Of a stretch of DNA of 24,000 bases, positions 23,776 to 24,000 are shown in pieces. Under the pieces are notes generated by a model. The model was not told the DNA's origin. It saw only the letters and a list, made by a program, of their open reading frames with translations, and did not search any database. The stretch is from Gammaproteobacteria bacterium (GTDB lineage: Bacteria; Pseudomonadota; Gammaproteobacteria; Steroidobacterales; Rariloculaceae): contig DASUFK010000015.1 of assembly GCA_036274615.1 (NCBI GenBank), positions 1 to 24,000 of the forward strand, read 5' to 3'. The position numbers were made by a program, and so were the translations under genes. Each line of letters opens with the position of its first letter. Position 1 is the stretch's first letter.

Positions 23776-24000
23776 GCTGAGGTCATCGAGGACGTCGCCG
23801 CCACCGCCGCGTCGCAGTCAATTACACGGGCGGCGACACGCCGGTGCACGTTGCCGCAAGCCAGGTCACCGCCTCTTACTTCCGGGCGTTTCGCACATCG
23901 ATCTATGGATGCCGCTCGATCCCAGCACGCCCGGGTCTCTGGAAGCCGTGGCGCGTCTGAAGCCGGGAGTTTCGTTGGAACAAGCGCAGGAAGGGCTAGC
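23776..24000 (+). pseudogene. Possible decayed or truncated FtsX/MacB-type (ADOP-like) permease remnant, running off the window
   Basis: Recognisable pieces sit in three different frames: AEVIEDVAATAAS (from 23776), VNYTGGDTPVHVAASQVTASYFRAF (from 23817), and IDLWMPLDPSTPGSLEAVARLKPGVSLEQAQEGL (from about 23897 to the window end). In intact permeases, as I remember them, the YF...LG and DLW.PL...RLKPGVS blocks are about 70 aa apart and in one frame. Confidence 0.3.

Overview
High-GC bacterial chromosomal window. My spot counts of single 60-nt lines give about 65-77% GC for most of it. The leftmost ~2 kb is visibly lower in GC (about 48-62%) and ends at a 24-nt tRNA 3'-end fragment (2020-2043), which looks like the edge of an integrated island. 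That segment carries a partial gene absent from the ORF track because it has no stop in the window: a caspase-like peptidase C14 domain fused to a Ski2/Hel308-like helicase. It also carries a HigB-2/HigA-2-type toxin-antitoxin pair behind a perfect 33-bp palindrome. The core region encodes: (1) a Ser/Thr kinase fused to PD40/TolB-like beta-propeller repeats; (2) three loci of one uncharacterised secreted two-part module, a small DUF6152-like domain with mature N-terminus His-His plus a ~300-aa domain with a WEGD.LVVET motif, which are separate genes at two loci and fused at the third; (3) an orphan 631-aa protein followed by a secreted six-hairpin-glycosidase-like protein; (4) a four-gene, translationally coupled operon of DUF2064 transferase, TVP38/DedA-like membrane protein, GT2 transferase and Cys-rich-tail radical SAM enzyme, abutted by a DUF547 gene; (5) an acyltransferase-3; (6) a LytS/LytTR two-component system; (7) a histidine phosphatase; and (8) a decayed FtsX/MacB-type permease remnant at the right edge. 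Two non-coding structures stand out. One is a 93-nt inverted repeat with perfect 31-bp AT-rich arms in a divergent promoter region (16308-16400). The other is four 13-bp palindromes at an exact 16-bp period (18523-18583). I found no rRNA, intact tRNA, CRISPR array, transposase or integrase. The best candidates for an undescribed system are the caspase-helicase island gene and the recurrent secreted module, and I cannot decide between them from sequence alone. All family names come from memory of motifs, not from searches.
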